Made by a program: the position numbers and the translations under genes. A stretch of DNA of 64,000 bases from Oscillospiraceae bacterium. GTDB taxonomy: Bacteria; Bacillota; Clostridia; Oscillospirales; Oscillospiraceae. The notes below the pieces were generated by a model. It was not told the DNA's origin, did no database searches, and was given only the letters and a program-made list of their open reading frames with translations. Shown in pieces: positions 21,251 to 31,349 of this stretch. The stretch covers positions 21,555 to 85,554 of the forward strand of contig JAHHSH010000001.1 of NCBI GenBank assembly GCA_020025345.1. Reading direction: 5' to 3'. How positions within the stretch are numbered: the first letter of the stretch is position 1; each line of letters opens with the position of its first letter.

Positions 21251-21398
21251 ATCTTAATTATTTTACCATATTTCGCACCATTGTCAACTGTATTCCCGCG
21301 AGAAATCCACCTCTTTTTGGCACTTTTGCCCTTGCAGAACCCCGTCAGTCTGCTATACTGGTAGTAACATATAAATTTTTCGTAAAGGAAGTGGTACC

Positions 21399-22112
21399 GT
21401 GGAGAGAAAGCTCCCGGCAGATGCTCTGCGGCATATGTCTTTTGCCGTGGTAGGCGGTTTCTTTGGTGCCTACGCCATTTTAGGTCCCTGTGGCCTGTTT
21501 GGCAATGCCCAGACCGTGAACCTGCTGCAGCTGCTGTTTGACTCGCTATTTGGTCAGTGGTACTCGTTTCTGCTCCACGTCGGAGCCTTATTGTGCTACA
21601 TTCTCGGTGTCATGGCTGCCGTGATCCTGCGTCACAAGTACCAGCGAAACGTCGGTCGCATCAGTCCTATTATCACCGCTGTCTGCACTCTTTTACTGGA
21701 TGTTTTCCCCCCGGATATGCCCCACATGGCTTTTCTCTATCCTATCTTCTTCTGCATGAGCTTCCAGTGGACTGCTTTCTCCGGCGCCTGTGGTTTTAAT
21801 AGTTCCACCATCTTTTCCACTAACAACGTAAAGCAGGCCTCCATCGGCCTTGCTGAGTTCATCTGTGATGGGGATCGCACTCACCTGCGCCGCACCGTTT
21901 TCTTTGCTCGCACCCTCATCTCCTTCCATTTCGGAGCAGCGCTGGCCTTTCTGGTCATTCGGTGGGCACCCACCCACGCCACCTTGTGCGCACTGCCTCT
22001 GATTCTTCTCTCCTATGTCACTGTGATCCATGAGGAGCGGGTCGCCGCAGCCTCTGAGGAATGCGTTTCCGAGGAATGTACTTCCGTGGAAGAACCTACG
22101 CTCAGCGCTTGA
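21399..22112 (+). CDS. YoaK/DUF1275 family membrane protein
   Basis: GGFFGAY, FGNAQTVN and STIFSTNN motifs; multi-TM. Confidence 0.88.
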   Translation: MERKLPADALRHMSFAVVGGFFGAYAILGPCGLFGNAQTVNLLQLLFDSLFGQWYSFLLHVGALLCYILGVMAAVILRHKYQRNVGRISPIITAVCTLLLDVFPPDMPHMAFLYPIFFCMSFQWTAFSGACGFNSSTIFSTNNVKQASIGLAEFICDGDRTHLRRTVFFARTLISFHFGAALAFLVIRWAPTHATLCALPLILLSYVTVIHEERVAAASEECVSEECTSVEEPTLSA

Positions 22113-22622
22113 GCGCACTAAAACTTCATCTAATCCAAAGCAGTACCAGGGATCACCGCCTTGGTACTGCTTTTTATCTATGTCTTTTAAATTAGCGAAT
22201 GTCCCACAGTAGTGGTTTTGCGGCGCTGCGCCGAGAAATCGTAATCGCACAGCCGCCGGAGGAGAAATCGGTCAAGGTCTTCCCCTCCATCGTCTCTGGC
22301 GTCGAACCAGAAATTTTGATTTTCTCCAGCAGTATACATGTATTTTGCCTCTGCAGAGTACGCATGACCAGAAAACCTGAGCGTTCCCAGTAGATTGCCC
22401 CGATAAAATGAAAACAGCATTTCTTGGGTAATTGAAAGATTGGGAAGAATGTGCTAACATAGCAGTTAGCCGCAACTAACTGTTGCGAGCATCTTTACGT
22501 TTTGTCTGCGGCCAGTTGCATGGAATTTAAATCTTTTCGATTTATCAAAATAAATTCCAGTTATTTTGTAAATGCGGCGAATTCAACTATTTCCTTGAAG
22601 CTTTGAAGAGGAGGATTTCTTT

Positions 22623-23411
22623 ATGATTTTTAATACAATGGGAGTTAAATCAAATCCGGCAATATTGTTTTTTCATGCGATGGGGGTCACTGGCGACAGC
22701 AGTATTCCGGTAGCAGATTTTTTAAAAGAACAATATTATTGCATGATGCCTACTTCAACCGTGTATTGCGCAGGGCAAAAGTATATCGGTAAGGCCGACG
22801 AAATCCGCCAGATTGAAAACTTTCTCCGGGAGCAGGGAATCAATAAGCTTGCGTTGATCGTTGCTTCCTCCCTAGGCGCAGATCTGGCAATGGCTTTTCT
22901 GACACAATCAAAAATTCCGGTGGAGCATGTATTTTTCGATGGAGGACAGTTTGCTCAAATTGGCAAAATGACCCGTTGTATCATGACGCCATTTTTATAT
23001 TTGGCAATGAAAAGCCTGTACTGGACAAAAGGAAAAACACTGAAGAAAATCCTCTGGTGCGATGATGAAACGATCAAGCCTTATTTCATCGAGGCAGGAA
23101 AAAACCTCACTTATAGAAATCTTCACTGCCAGCTGGCGGATAGTCTGGAAAACGAGCCTTTTCCAGTGCTGCCAGAAAAATTACAAAAGTGCACTTTTTG
23201 GGAATTCGGAAGTGCTGAAGACCATTTCAAATATCGCAAAAGTGTTATGCAGACATATGCACATGGAAATTTCCCGGTTTTTGACAAATTCAATCACATG
23301 CAGTTTCAGATTCGTGAGCCGAAAGGCTTTGCAGAAATGCTGGTATCGGTGATAACGAAAAATGAACTGCCGCAGTTGCCATTTTTACGATTGAACGAGT
23401 CAGAAAGGTGA
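22623..23411 (+). CDS. Alpha/beta hydrolase, AT-rich accessory gene
   Basis: FFHAMG oxyanion region, ASSLGA nucleophile, C-terminal His (NHMQFQ); GAGGAGG RBS. Confidence 0.85.
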   Translation: MIFNTMGVKSNPAILFFHAMGVTGDSSIPVADFLKEQYYCMMPTSTVYCAGQKYIGKADEIRQIENFLREQGINKLALIVASSLGADLAMAFLTQSKIPVEHVFFDGGQFAQIGKMTRCIMTPFLYLAMKSLYWTKGKTLKKILWCDDETIKPYFIEAGKNLTYRNLHCQLADSLENEPFPVLPEKLQKCTFWEFGSAEDHFKYRKSVMQTYAHGNFPVFDKFNHMQFQIREPKGFAEMLVSVITKNELPQLPFLRLNESER

Positions 23412-23509
23412 AGCGGGCTATTTACTACTATTGCTCATCTCAATATGCCGTATTTGGCATCTGTACAGATTCCTGCGCTTATATCCAATTGCAAGAACCC
23501 ATGAAAAGA

Positions 23510-23547
23510 AAGAAATGGAGTGTATCAAATGATACACTCCATTTCTT
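23510..23547. repeat. Palindrome or bidirectional terminator with GTGTATCA/TGATACAC core
   Basis: Perfect 18-bp arms; core shared with 28452-28486. Confidence 0.75.
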
Positions 23548-23608
23548 TTCAAGGTTTCTGAACTGCTTCCTTAGCTGGCGTTAACATTGGATCAACGCTC
23601 TTTTATCT

Positions 23609-24829
23609 TTATTTTGCCGACAGTTCTACAGCATGACGCACAAAGCTGTAGGGCGGTACTGCATGGGGCAGCTGCATCTGAAACACCATCTGGGGCGTCT
23701 TGGGGCAATCCAGTGCTTCCCCTTCCGCGTCCTTCATCATGGGCACGGTCATGGAGAAAGGCTTGGTGTCCGGCCCCACGATCTCCACCGTGTCACCGAC
23801 AGAGAACTTGTTGCGCAGGCTCAAGGTGGCAAGGCCGTTTTCATCGCACTCCGTCACCACGGCGCAGATCTGCCAATCCCGGATATAGCGGGAATTCTCG
23901 TAATACTGGCCCGGCGCGCCGTAGAAAAAGCCGGTGGCGTAATGGCGATGGCTCACATGCTCCACCTCATCCCGCCAAACAGGGTCGATAGGGCGACCTG
24001 CCGCCACATCGTCCAACACATGACGGTAAGCACCTGTGACGATGGCAGCATAGTAGGCGGATTTCGCGCGTCCCTCGATCTTCAGGCAATCTACGCCTGC
24101 GTCCATGAGATCGTCCAAATGGTCGATCATGCACATATCGCGGGAATTCATAATATAAGTGCCCTTTTCATCCTCAAAGACAGGGAAATACTCCCCGGGG
24201 CGCTTCTCCTCCATCAGTGCATACTGATAGCGGCAGGGCTGCGCGCAGGCGCCGCGGTTTGAATCGCGCCCGGTCATATAGTTGCTCAAAAGACAGCGGC
24301 CGGAGTAGCTGACGCACATAGCGCCATGGACAAAGGTCTCGATCTCCAGCTCCTTGGGCACGCGGCGGCGAATCTCCTGAATCTCCGTAAGGCTCAGCTC
24401 ACGGGCCAGCACCACACGCTTGGCACCCAGATCGTACCAAGCCGCCGCACTGGCGTAGTTGGAGATGGACTGCTGGGTGCTGATATGGCGCTCACAGTGG
24501 GGGGCATACTTCCCCGCCATGGTGAATGCGCCCAGATCCGCTACAATGAGGGCATCCACCCCCGCCGCATCCAGTTTTTCCAGATGGGCGGGCAGGTGAT
24601 CCACCTCGCTGTTGCGCGGCATGGTGTTGACGGTCACATGAACCTTGACACCGTGCTCATGGGCAAACTGCACGGCCTTGGGCAGCTGTTCATCGGTAAA
24701 ATTTCCGGCAAAGGAGCGCATGCCAAAGGCTGTGCCTGCCAGATATACGGCGTCTGCGCCGTAGCGTACGGCCATTTGCAGCCGTTCAAAATCCCCCGCT
24801 GGGGCTAACAATTCCGGTTTCTTTCTCAT
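23609..24829 (-). CDS. U32 family peptidase-like protein (TrhP/YrrO-like tRNA hydroxylation)
   Basis: PELLAPAG, HGAMCVSYSGRC, NRGACAQPCR and KIEGRAKS; next to mltG as in Bacillus. Confidence 0.93.
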   Translation of the reverse strand: MRKKPELLAPAGDFERLQMAVRYGADAVYLAGTAFGMRSFAGNFTDEQLPKAVQFAHEHGVKVHVTVNTMPRNSEVDHLPAHLEKLDAAGVDALIVADLGAFTMAGKYAPHCERHISTQQSISNYASAAAWYDLGAKRVVLARELSLTEIQEIRRRVPKELEIETFVHGAMCVSYSGRCLLSNYMTGRDSNRGACAQPCRYQYALMEEKRPGEYFPVFEDEKGTYIMNSRDMCMIDHLDDLMDAGVDCLKIEGRAKSAYYAAIVTGAYRHVLDDVAAGRPIDPVWRDEVEHVSHRHYATGFFYGAPGQYYENSRYIRDWQICAVVTECDENGLATLSLRNKFSVGDTVEIVGPDTKPFSMTVPMMKDAEGEALDCPKTPQMVFQMQLPHAVPPYSFVRHAVELSAK

Positions 24830-24831
24830 CA

Positions 24832-25998
24832 TCAGTCAGGCTGGTACATATCGCTGTTCACGAAGGCCAGATGGTCGTCATAATTGGTGAAGAAGTGGCT
24901 CACGCCGTCCTTACCGTAAGCAAAGTAGTAGTAATCCGTATTGCTGGGATACGTTGCTGCCAACAAAGAGGAGCGGCTGGGGTTGCAGATAGGTCCGGCA
25001 GGCAGACCCTGATAGCGATAGGTGTTATAGGGGCTGTCGATGTCGGTGGAGAACTCCGTATCCTCCATACCGTTGGTGCGCAGGATATAGTAGATGGTAG
25101 AATCCAGCTGCAGATAGCCTGCCGTCTCTCTTGAGGGATTTGCCAGACGGTTATAGAGCACCGAACCGATATTGGCGCGCTCCTCGTCATCGCCGATGGC
25201 CTCCTTCTCAATGAGGGATGCCATGACCACGATGTCGTGGAAGCTGTGGCCGGACTTCTCAATATCTGCGCGTACGCTCTCATCCATCCAACCATTGAAG
25301 TTATCCAGCAGACGACCCAGCGCCTTCTCCGGATCCTCATCTTCAAAGAACTCGTAGGTATCCGGAGCCAGATAGCCCTCCAACCGGGTAATATCGCCCA
25401 GCTGCTCGTTATTGATAAAGTCATAGCCCTCGAACACATAGTTCTTGGCGGCCTCTGTCAGAGCCTCTTCCGTGGAGACACCCTCCGCTGCCAGCAACGC
25501 AATGGTCTCCTGCACAGTGTAGCCCTCGGGGATGGTTACCCGCACCACGCCTTCCGGGATCAAGCTGTTGGAGGGGTTCATAGAATTGATCAGGCAGCGG
25601 AAGTCCATATCGGAATTCAGCTCATAGGTGCCCGGTCCAATGGTTTCCTTGGCATCAAACACGGAGCCGAAGATCAAAAACAGTGTCTTGGACTCAACAA
25701 GGCCGGCCTTCTTCAGCTTCGTAGCCACCTTGCCCACGCTCTCCCCCTTCTCCACCTCGATGGTGACGGTCAAGGGCTCTTTATTCAACGCACACACATC
25801 GCTGACCATCAGCCATGCAATACCCGCCAACAGAGTAGAGGCCACGACCACGCTGGCGATGTAGATCGCCACCTTCATGTTCTTCTGCTGTGCCTTGTTC
25901 CTCTGCTTTTTATGATGGGTTCTCTCGCTCTTTCCACTCTCCTGACGCACCTTTCGGGCATCCCAGCTAGTGGTCTCCGATTTCTTGGGATCAGACAT
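24832..25998 (-). CDS. mltG: Endolytic transglycosylase MltG
   Basis: N-terminal TM, LEGYLAPDTY, ASLIEKE and SPYNTYRYQGLPAGPICNP. Confidence 0.96.
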   Translation of the reverse strand: MSDPKKSETTSWDARKVRQESGKSERTHHKKQRNKAQQKNMKVAIYIASVVVASTLLAGIAWLMVSDVCALNKEPLTVTIEVEKGESVGKVATKLKKAGLVESKTLFLIFGSVFDAKETIGPGTYELNSDMDFRCLINSMNPSNSLIPEGVVRVTIPEGYTVQETIALLAAEGVSTEEALTEAAKNYVFEGYDFINNEQLGDITRLEGYLAPDTYEFFEDEDPEKALGRLLDNFNGWMDESVRADIEKSGHSFHDIVVMASLIEKEAIGDDEERANIGSVLYNRLANPSRETAGYLQLDSTIYYILRTNGMEDTEFSTDIDSPYNTYRYQGLPAGPICNPSRSSLLAATYPSNTDYYYFAYGKDGVSHFFTNYDDHLAFVNSDMYQPD

Positions 25999-26103
25999 AT
26001 CGTTCGTTCCTTTCTATTTTCTCAGCTGTGGCGGCGGGACAACGTACCCCTCGCCGCCTTACAGCATACAATAGCACAGATAAGAACAAGTGAGGTGACA
26101 AAA

Positions 26104-26238
26104 ATGTGCTTTGACAACAACTGTTCCTGCATCTGGCTGATCATCATCCTTGTGGTATTGTTCTGCTGCTGCGGTAACAACGGCTGTGGCTGCAACAACA
26201 ATTGTGGTTGCAACAATAGCTGCGGCTGCAACTGCTAA
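26104..26238 (+). CDS. 44-aa Cys/Asn/Gly-rich small protein with a hydrophobic segment, probably spore-associated
   Basis: GAGGTG RBS; MCFDNNCSCIWLIIILVVLFCCCGNNGCGCNNNCGCNNSCGCNC; own terminator (GAGGCGCC-TTCG-GGCGCCTC); SigK-like CATACAATA at 26065-26073. Confidence 0.85.
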   Translation: MCFDNNCSCIWLIIILVVLFCCCGNNGCGCNNNCGCNNSCGCNC

Positions 26239-26288
26239 GGGGACATACCCGAACGAGGCGCCTTCGGGCGCCTCATTTTTCTTATCCT

Positions 26289-26960
26289 TTACAGGACAAG
26301 CAGATCCTCCACCTGTGAGAGTACCTGCTGATGGATCTCCTCTACCGAGCGGATCTTCCCCCCGGCAGCGCAGTCGATCTTCGTCCAGCCGCAGCGCTCC
26401 ACCACATAGGCGGCATTCTCCCGGCAGTGGCGCAAATATTCCGTGTCCTGCTCGTGGATATCGGCGTGCGTGCCCGTCTCCTGCTCCCGATGGCGCATCA
26501 TCTGCTCGCTGATGTCTGTGGGCAGATCCAGATACAGTACCCGGGTCGGTACAGGCAGCCCCAAAAGCCGATACTCAAAGTCAAAGAGCCAGTCCAAAAA
26601 CTGATCCCGCTCCTCCGCCGGCAGCTTGCTGGTCTGATGTACTGCGTTGGATGTGGTATAGCGATCTGCGATCAGCAGTCCGCCCTTTTCATAGAACTCG
26701 CCCCAATCCTGTCGGTAGGAGGCGTAGCGATCCACGGCGTAAAAGGTGGCGGCGGCATAGGCATTCACATCCTCCGGCTTTCCACCGAACGCACCGGAAA
26801 GGTAAAGCCGGATCAGCGCAGAGGACTCCTCCTGATAGCGGGGAAACTCCAGCTTCCGGTAAGGGATGCCACGGCGCTCCAGTTCTTGACACAGCATTCT
26901 TGTCTGTGTCGCCTTGCCGGAACCATCCGTGCCCTCAAATACGATCAATTTGCCGCTCAT
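26289..26960 (-). CDS. tmk: Thymidylate kinase (dTMP kinase family)
   Basis: IVFEGTDGSGKATQ P-loop and DRYTTS. Confidence 0.88.
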   Translation of the reverse strand: MSGKLIVFEGTDGSGKATQTRMLCQELERRGIPYRKLEFPRYQEESSALIRLYLSGAFGGKPEDVNAYAAATFYAVDRYASYRQDWGEFYEKGGLLIADRYTTSNAVHQTSKLPAEERDQFLDWLFDFEYRLLGLPVPTRVLYLDLPTDISEQMMRHREQETGTHADIHEQDTEYLRHCRENAAYVVERCGWTKIDCAAGGKIRSVEEIHQQVLSQVEDLLVL

Positions 26961-27153
26961 GAAGTATACCCCTTTTCTGCGCAACTCAATATTACCACAT
27001 AATATCATCATATTTTAACACAGTATTCCCTGTTTGTCCACGATAAAACACGCTCTTACGACAAAAACCGACTTTGTCCTCGCAGGGAGCAGCGGTTGAA
27101 AATCAGCGGCATTTATGGTATGTTAGTTCCACAAACCGAGAGGAGATGTTGGT

Positions 27154-27777
27154 ATGGCCCGCTTGACCGAAGAATTTTATCATGGTGACACCGTGTCCAT
27201 CGCCCGCTCTCTGGTGGGAAAATATCTGGTGCGCCGTCTCAACGGCGAGACGCTGGTATGCCGCATCACCGAGACGGAGGCCTATGTCGGTGTGATCGAC
27301 AAGGCCTGCCACGCCTATGGCTACCACAAGACCCGGCGCAATGCCACCATGTTCGGCCCACCGGGGCACGCCTACATCTACTTCATCTACGGGATGCACT
27401 GCTGTCTCAACTTCGTCACCAATCCGGAGGGGGAACCGGACGCCGTGTTGCTGCGGGGGCTGTCCCCTGTTTACGGCACCGAAACCATGGCGCATCTGCG
27501 CTTTGGAAAGCCTACGGCGGCGTTTTCCTCCTACCAACGAAAAAACTTTCTCAACGGCCCCGGCAAGTGCTGCCAGGCCCTTGGACTCACCACGGCACTG
27601 GATGGATTATCCCTCACGGGCGAGGAGCTTTTTCTCTGCACCTCCCCCGCCGATGCAGGGCTGCTCCCTGTAGAGGAGGAATCTTTCACTGTGGAGGCGG
27701 GACGGCGCATCGGCATCGACTATGCCGAGGAAGCGGTGGAGTTTCCGTGGCGCTTTACTTTAAAACCTCTCAAATAA
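27154..27777 (+). CDS. DNA-3-methyladenine glycosylase (MPG/AAG family)
   Basis: ITETEAY, MFGPPGHAYIYFIYGMH, NGPGK and RIGI...PWRF. Confidence 0.95.
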   Translation: MARLTEEFYHGDTVSIARSLVGKYLVRRLNGETLVCRITETEAYVGVIDKACHAYGYHKTRRNATMFGPPGHAYIYFIYGMHCCLNFVTNPEGEPDAVLLRGLSPVYGTETMAHLRFGKPTAAFSSYQRKNFLNGPGKCCQALGLTTALDGLSLTGEELFLCTSPADAGLLPVEEESFTVEAGRRIGIDYAEEAVEFPWRFTLKPLK

Positions 27778-27795
27778 CGATAAGGAGCACGATTT

Positions 27796-28425
27796 ATGCT
27801 GATTTTTGATATGGACGGCACCCTCATTGACTCGAATGGCATCTGGCGGGATGTGGACATCGCCTTTCTTGAAAAGCGCGGCCTCCCCTACACCAAGGCC
27901 TACGCCGAGGGCGTAGCCCACACCATCTTCCCCAAGGCAGCCGCTTTCACCAAGGAATACGGCAACCTGCCGGAATCTCTGGAGGAAATCATGGCCGAAT
28001 GGCTGGAGACGGCAGGCAATGTGTACGCCGAGAGCGTGACGGTAAAGCCCGGCGTCATGGAGTTTTTGGAGCGCTGCCGCCAGAAGGGCGAGAAGATGAT
28101 TCTCCTCACCTCCAGTATTCCCCAGCACTGCCATGCGGCATTGGATCATTTGCATCTCCGTCCCTATTTTGAAAAGCTTTTCTTTGCCAATGAGCTGCAA
28201 ATTGAGAAAAAGAGCCCGGAGATTTTCCTCTATGCCGCCAACGCCATGGGCGTTTCCCCGTCCGAGTGTACCCTCTTCGACGACTCAGTGGAGGCTTGCC
28301 GCAGCGCAAAGGCCGCCGGAATGCGTGTCGTGGGTGTCCATGACCCCTTCTTCGCCGACACGGAAGCGGAAATGCGGCAGGTCTGCGACGACTACATCAG
28401 GGGCTTTGGCGACCTTCTGAAATAA
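27796..28425 (+). CDS. HAD-family phosphatase
   Basis: IFDMDGTLIDS, KKSPEIF and FDDS. Confidence 0.93.
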   Translation: MLIFDMDGTLIDSNGIWRDVDIAFLEKRGLPYTKAYAEGVAHTIFPKAAAFTKEYGNLPESLEEIMAEWLETAGNVYAESVTVKPGVMEFLERCRQKGEKMILLTSSIPQHCHAALDHLHLRPYFEKLFFANELQIEKKSPEIFLYAANAMGVSPSECTLFDDSVEACRSAKAAGMRVVGVHDPFFADTEAEMRQVCDDYIRGFGDLLK

Positions 28426-28451
28426 GGTTGAGTCGTCATTTTTTAAAAAAG

Positions 28452-28486
28452 AAACAGGGTGTATCAAAGGCTGATACACCCTGTTT
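28452..28486. repeat. Palindrome or terminator with GTGTATCA/TGATACAC core
   Basis: AAACAGGGTGTATCA-aaggc-TGATACACCCTGTTT. Confidence 0.75.
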
Positions 28487-28539
28487 TTTCATAAATTACA
28501 GATACTTGCTCCATAGAAGAAGGTCTATAGAGAATCATG

Positions 28540-28657
28540 CTTTTTCCGTTTTCCCAGCGGGATACGGCTTGTCGGGTCACATAAACCTTTCGTGCAAATT
28601 CATCCTGCGACAGGCTGTTTTTGGTCGGAGTGCAAGGATCACATCTTTTACTTCCAT
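28540..28657 (-). pseudogene. Frameshifted, truncated XRE-family HTH regulator
   Basis: GAGGTGG RBS, then MEVKDVILALR, a 1-nt frameshift, and TKNSLSQDEFARKVYVTRQAVSRWENG; resemblance ends after ENG. Confidence 0.8.
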
Positions 28658-28749
28658 GTAATTCACCACCTCACAGACAGTATGCCATTGCTCTGTGGAT
28701 TTAGCAAGCAACGCGCTGTTGCTACAGCCTTATGCGTGAACGATCGCCG

Positions 28750-29253
28750 TTAAAAGGAGCCAATGGGAATAGAATCATCGTCCTTCCCCTTTTCAATGGA
28801 CAAGATCTCCATCCAATAGCCGCGACCGTTCCCCATATCCACATGGACACGCTCTCCGACGCGATGCCCCATCACTGCCTGCCCCACCGGGGACTCCTTG
28901 CTGATCAGCCCCTTGAGGGCATCCTGCCGCAGGGTGGTCACCAATCGGATGGTGCGCTTTTTCCCTGTGTTTTCCATGAGGATCTCCACAGAATCGTAAA
29001 GCCCTGCCGCATCGTCCGCAGAACGGTCATCAATGACGTGCGCCGTTTTGATCATTCGCTGTAGGTAGCGGATGCGGCTGTCATTGCGGTTTTTCTCCTG
29101 CTTGGCACACTTATACTCAAAATTCTCACTCAAATCACCGAAGGCACGGGCTGTCTGCACGTCCTCGATCAGCTTGGGACGCAGCTGCTGCACCCGATAG
29201 TCGATCTCCTCCTGCATCTTCTTCAAATCGCTTTTCGTCAGTTCGTCATACAT
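28750..29253 (-). CDS. greA: GreA/GreB-family transcription elongation factor
   Basis: ARAFGDLSENFEY and ISKESPVGQA; may be a paralog rather than the main GreA. Confidence 0.85.
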   Translation of the reverse strand: MYDELTKSDLKKMQEEIDYRVQQLRPKLIEDVQTARAFGDLSENFEYKCAKQEKNRNDSRIRYLQRMIKTAHVIDDRSADDAAGLYDSVEILMENTGKKRTIRLVTTLRQDALKGLISKESPVGQAVMGHRVGERVHVDMGNGRGYWMEILSIEKGKDDDSIPIGSF

Positions 29254-30647
29254 GGTTCTTCCTCCAAAATTTCCGCTAATTGTTCCATTCCCTGCCGCAG
29301 ATGCTCCGGTTCAATACCGGAGTAGTTGACCACCACCACATGGAGCGGCGCATCCGCGGCGCAGCTGTAGTAATCCGAAAGCATGGCCAGCCGTACGCCC
29401 CGCACTGCAGCCTGTTCTTTCAACACGCCATCCGGCAGGTGCGTATCCAGCCGCATCAGAAAATGCAGTCCCGCATCCTGCTCCATAATCTCCACACGCC
29501 CTGCCAGCGGCCCATTACAGATGATGTCGATCACCGTATCCCGCTTCTGTCGGTAGCGATTGCGCATCCGGTTGATGTGCTGCTCATACCGCCCCTGTGA
29601 CATGAAGGCCGCCAGTGTGTGCTGCTCAAAACTGGACACGGTGCAGGCATAGAACCCCAGTTTCTCCCGATAGGCCGACAACAAATGAGGCGGCAAGATC
29701 ATATAGCTGATACGGATGGACGGAGCAATGGTCTTGGAAAAAGTGTTCATATAGATGACACGCTGGTTCTCATCGGAGGAGAACATCGTAGGGATTGGCC
29801 GCCCAACGAATCGGAATTCGCTGTCGTATTCATCCTCCAAAATATAGCGTCCCTCCTTCTCCCCTGCCCAGCGCAGCAGCTCCTGCCGCCGGGTGATGGG
29901 CATAACGATGCCGGTGGGATAGTGGTGTGAGGGAGAAATATGCACCACGTCAGCGTCGCTGCGGCGCAGCGCCTCCGCAGAGAGTCCTCCATCATCCAGC
30001 GGGAGCCTTCGCAATCGCACACCGTCGCTCTCATAGATCTTTCCGATCTTGCTGTAACCCGGGTCCTCCACCGCATAGCACCGTTCACGCCCCAACAGCT
30101 GCACCAGCAGATGGTACAGCACTTCGCCGCCGGCACCCACGATGATCTGCTCCGGATCCACTGTCATGCCCCGAAACTGTTGCAAATCCTGCGCAATGGC
30201 ACGGCGCAGCAGCTCTGAACCATTATAGGGAGGCGGCACCAGCAGGTTTTTATCCTGCTCCAAAATGGTCTGACGCATCATCCGCGCCCAGACCGTAAAT
30301 GGAAAATACTCCGCCGAAATAGAGTTTGTCACCAAATCCAAAAGATAGGTCTTTGGCTTTTCCACCGGCTGTACCACAGGCGCAGGTGTCTCACGCAGGG
30401 GCTGCTCCAAACGGCTCACATAATACCCCTTTTTTTCCACACTATAGATATAGCCCTCGGCCATCAGCTGCTCATAGGCGTTTTTCACCGTGATCACGCT
30501 GACCTCCAGATGAGTGGCCAGCATCCGTTTAGAAGGCAGCTTCTCCCCGGCGCACAGCCGCCCGGTCAAAATATCCTCTCGGATATGGCGGTAAAGCTGC
30601 TCATATAAGCTGACGCCTCCACCTTTTTCAAACGCATAGGTCAGCAT
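29238..30647 (-). CDS. MocR/GabR-family PLP-dependent regulator (PdxR-like)
   Basis: GntR wHTH (LPSKRMLA...AYEQL) plus aminotransferase-like domain (EDEYDSEF, TFSK); start at MLTYAF. Confidence 0.93.
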   Translation of the reverse strand: MLTYAFEKGGGVSLYEQLYRHIREDILTGRLCAGEKLPSKRMLATHLEVSVITVKNAYEQLMAEGYIYSVEKKGYYVSRLEQPLRETPAPVVQPVEKPKTYLLDLVTNSISAEYFPFTVWARMMRQTILEQDKNLLVPPPYNGSELLRRAIAQDLQQFRGMTVDPEQIIVGAGGEVLYHLLVQLLGRERCYAVEDPGYSKIGKIYESDGVRLRRLPLDDGGLSAEALRRSDADVVHISPSHHYPTGIVMPITRRQELLRWAGEKEGRYILEDEYDSEFRFVGRPIPTMFSSDENQRVIYMNTFSKTIAPSIRISYMILPPHLLSAYREKLGFYACTVSSFEQHTLAAFMSQGRYEQHINRMRNRYRQKRDTVIDIICNGPLAGRVEIMEQDAGLHFLMRLDTHLPDGVLKEQAAVRGVRLAMLSDYYSCAADAPLHVVVVNYSGIEPEHLRQGMEQLAEILEEEPCMTN

Positions 30648-30660
30648 AGAAGCCCTCCAT

Positions 30661-30706
30661 CTGGTATTAATATTTATCAGCAATATGGTTATTTCTTTAA
30701 TACCAG
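30661..30706. promoter_or_regulatory. MocR/PdxR-type operator in the divergent promoter
   Basis: Perfect inverted repeat CTGGTATTAA...TTAATACCAG with an internal TGGT direct repeat, upstream of TATAAT at 30714-30719. Confidence 0.7.
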
Positions 30707-30753
30707 TTTCCACTATAATACAGGTAAGAACGAAAAGCAAGGAGAGTTTTCCT

Positions 30754-31269
30754 ATGCAGAACAAGAATCTTAGAAAATTGGTAATGGCCGCGCTGATGGC
30801 TGCTTTGGTGTTTGTTGCCACCATGGTCATTAAGATTCCTACTCCCACCAACGGCTATTTGAATCTGGGTGACTGCTTTGTGTTGCTGTCTGGCTGGCTG
30901 CTGGGGCCTTGGTACGGCTTTGCCGCCGGCGGTATCGGCTCCATGCTGGTAGATCTGCTGGGCGGTTATTTTCAGTATGTGCCCGGTACTTTTTTGATTA
31001 AGGGTCTGATGGCACTGGTCGCTGCATTTCTCTACAAGGCACTGCACAAGACCGTTCCCGCTGCGGCGCTGCCGATCAGTGGTCTGGTAGGCGAGTGCAT
31101 TATGGTCGGCGGCTACTATCTCTACGAGTCCACCGTCTGCGGCTACGGCTTCATGGGCGCCGCTGCCGGCACCCCCGGTAACTGCGTGCAAGGGGTTGCA
31201 GGTCTGATCATTGGTATCGCTTTGATGGCCATCATCCGCAGCACAAAGCTGGATCAGAAGTTGATTTAA
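30754..31269 (+). CDS. ECF transporter S component (PdxU2/HmpT-like; predicted vitamin B6 uptake)
   Basis: IPTPTNGYLNLGD, GIGSMLVDL and TFLIKG; divergent from the MocR regulator. Confidence 0.88.
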   Translation: MQNKNLRKLVMAALMAALVFVATMVIKIPTPTNGYLNLGDCFVLLSGWLLGPWYGFAAGGIGSMLVDLLGGYFQYVPGTFLIKGLMALVAAFLYKALHKTVPAAALPISGLVGECIMVGGYYLYESTVCGYGFMGAAAGTPGNCVQGVAGLIIGIALMAIIRSTKLDQKLI

Positions 31270-31349
31270 AAGTATCCATATGGTATGATACCAAGAGGAG
31301 TGGTGTACCGCTCCTCTTGTAGCACATTGGGAAAGGAATGGTATAAATC

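Noticed and set aside
26101..26240. TGCAACAAC-type repeats as a CRISPR or tandem DNA repeat
   Set aside because: They are the CGCNN codons of a small protein; no repeat-spacer structure or cas genes
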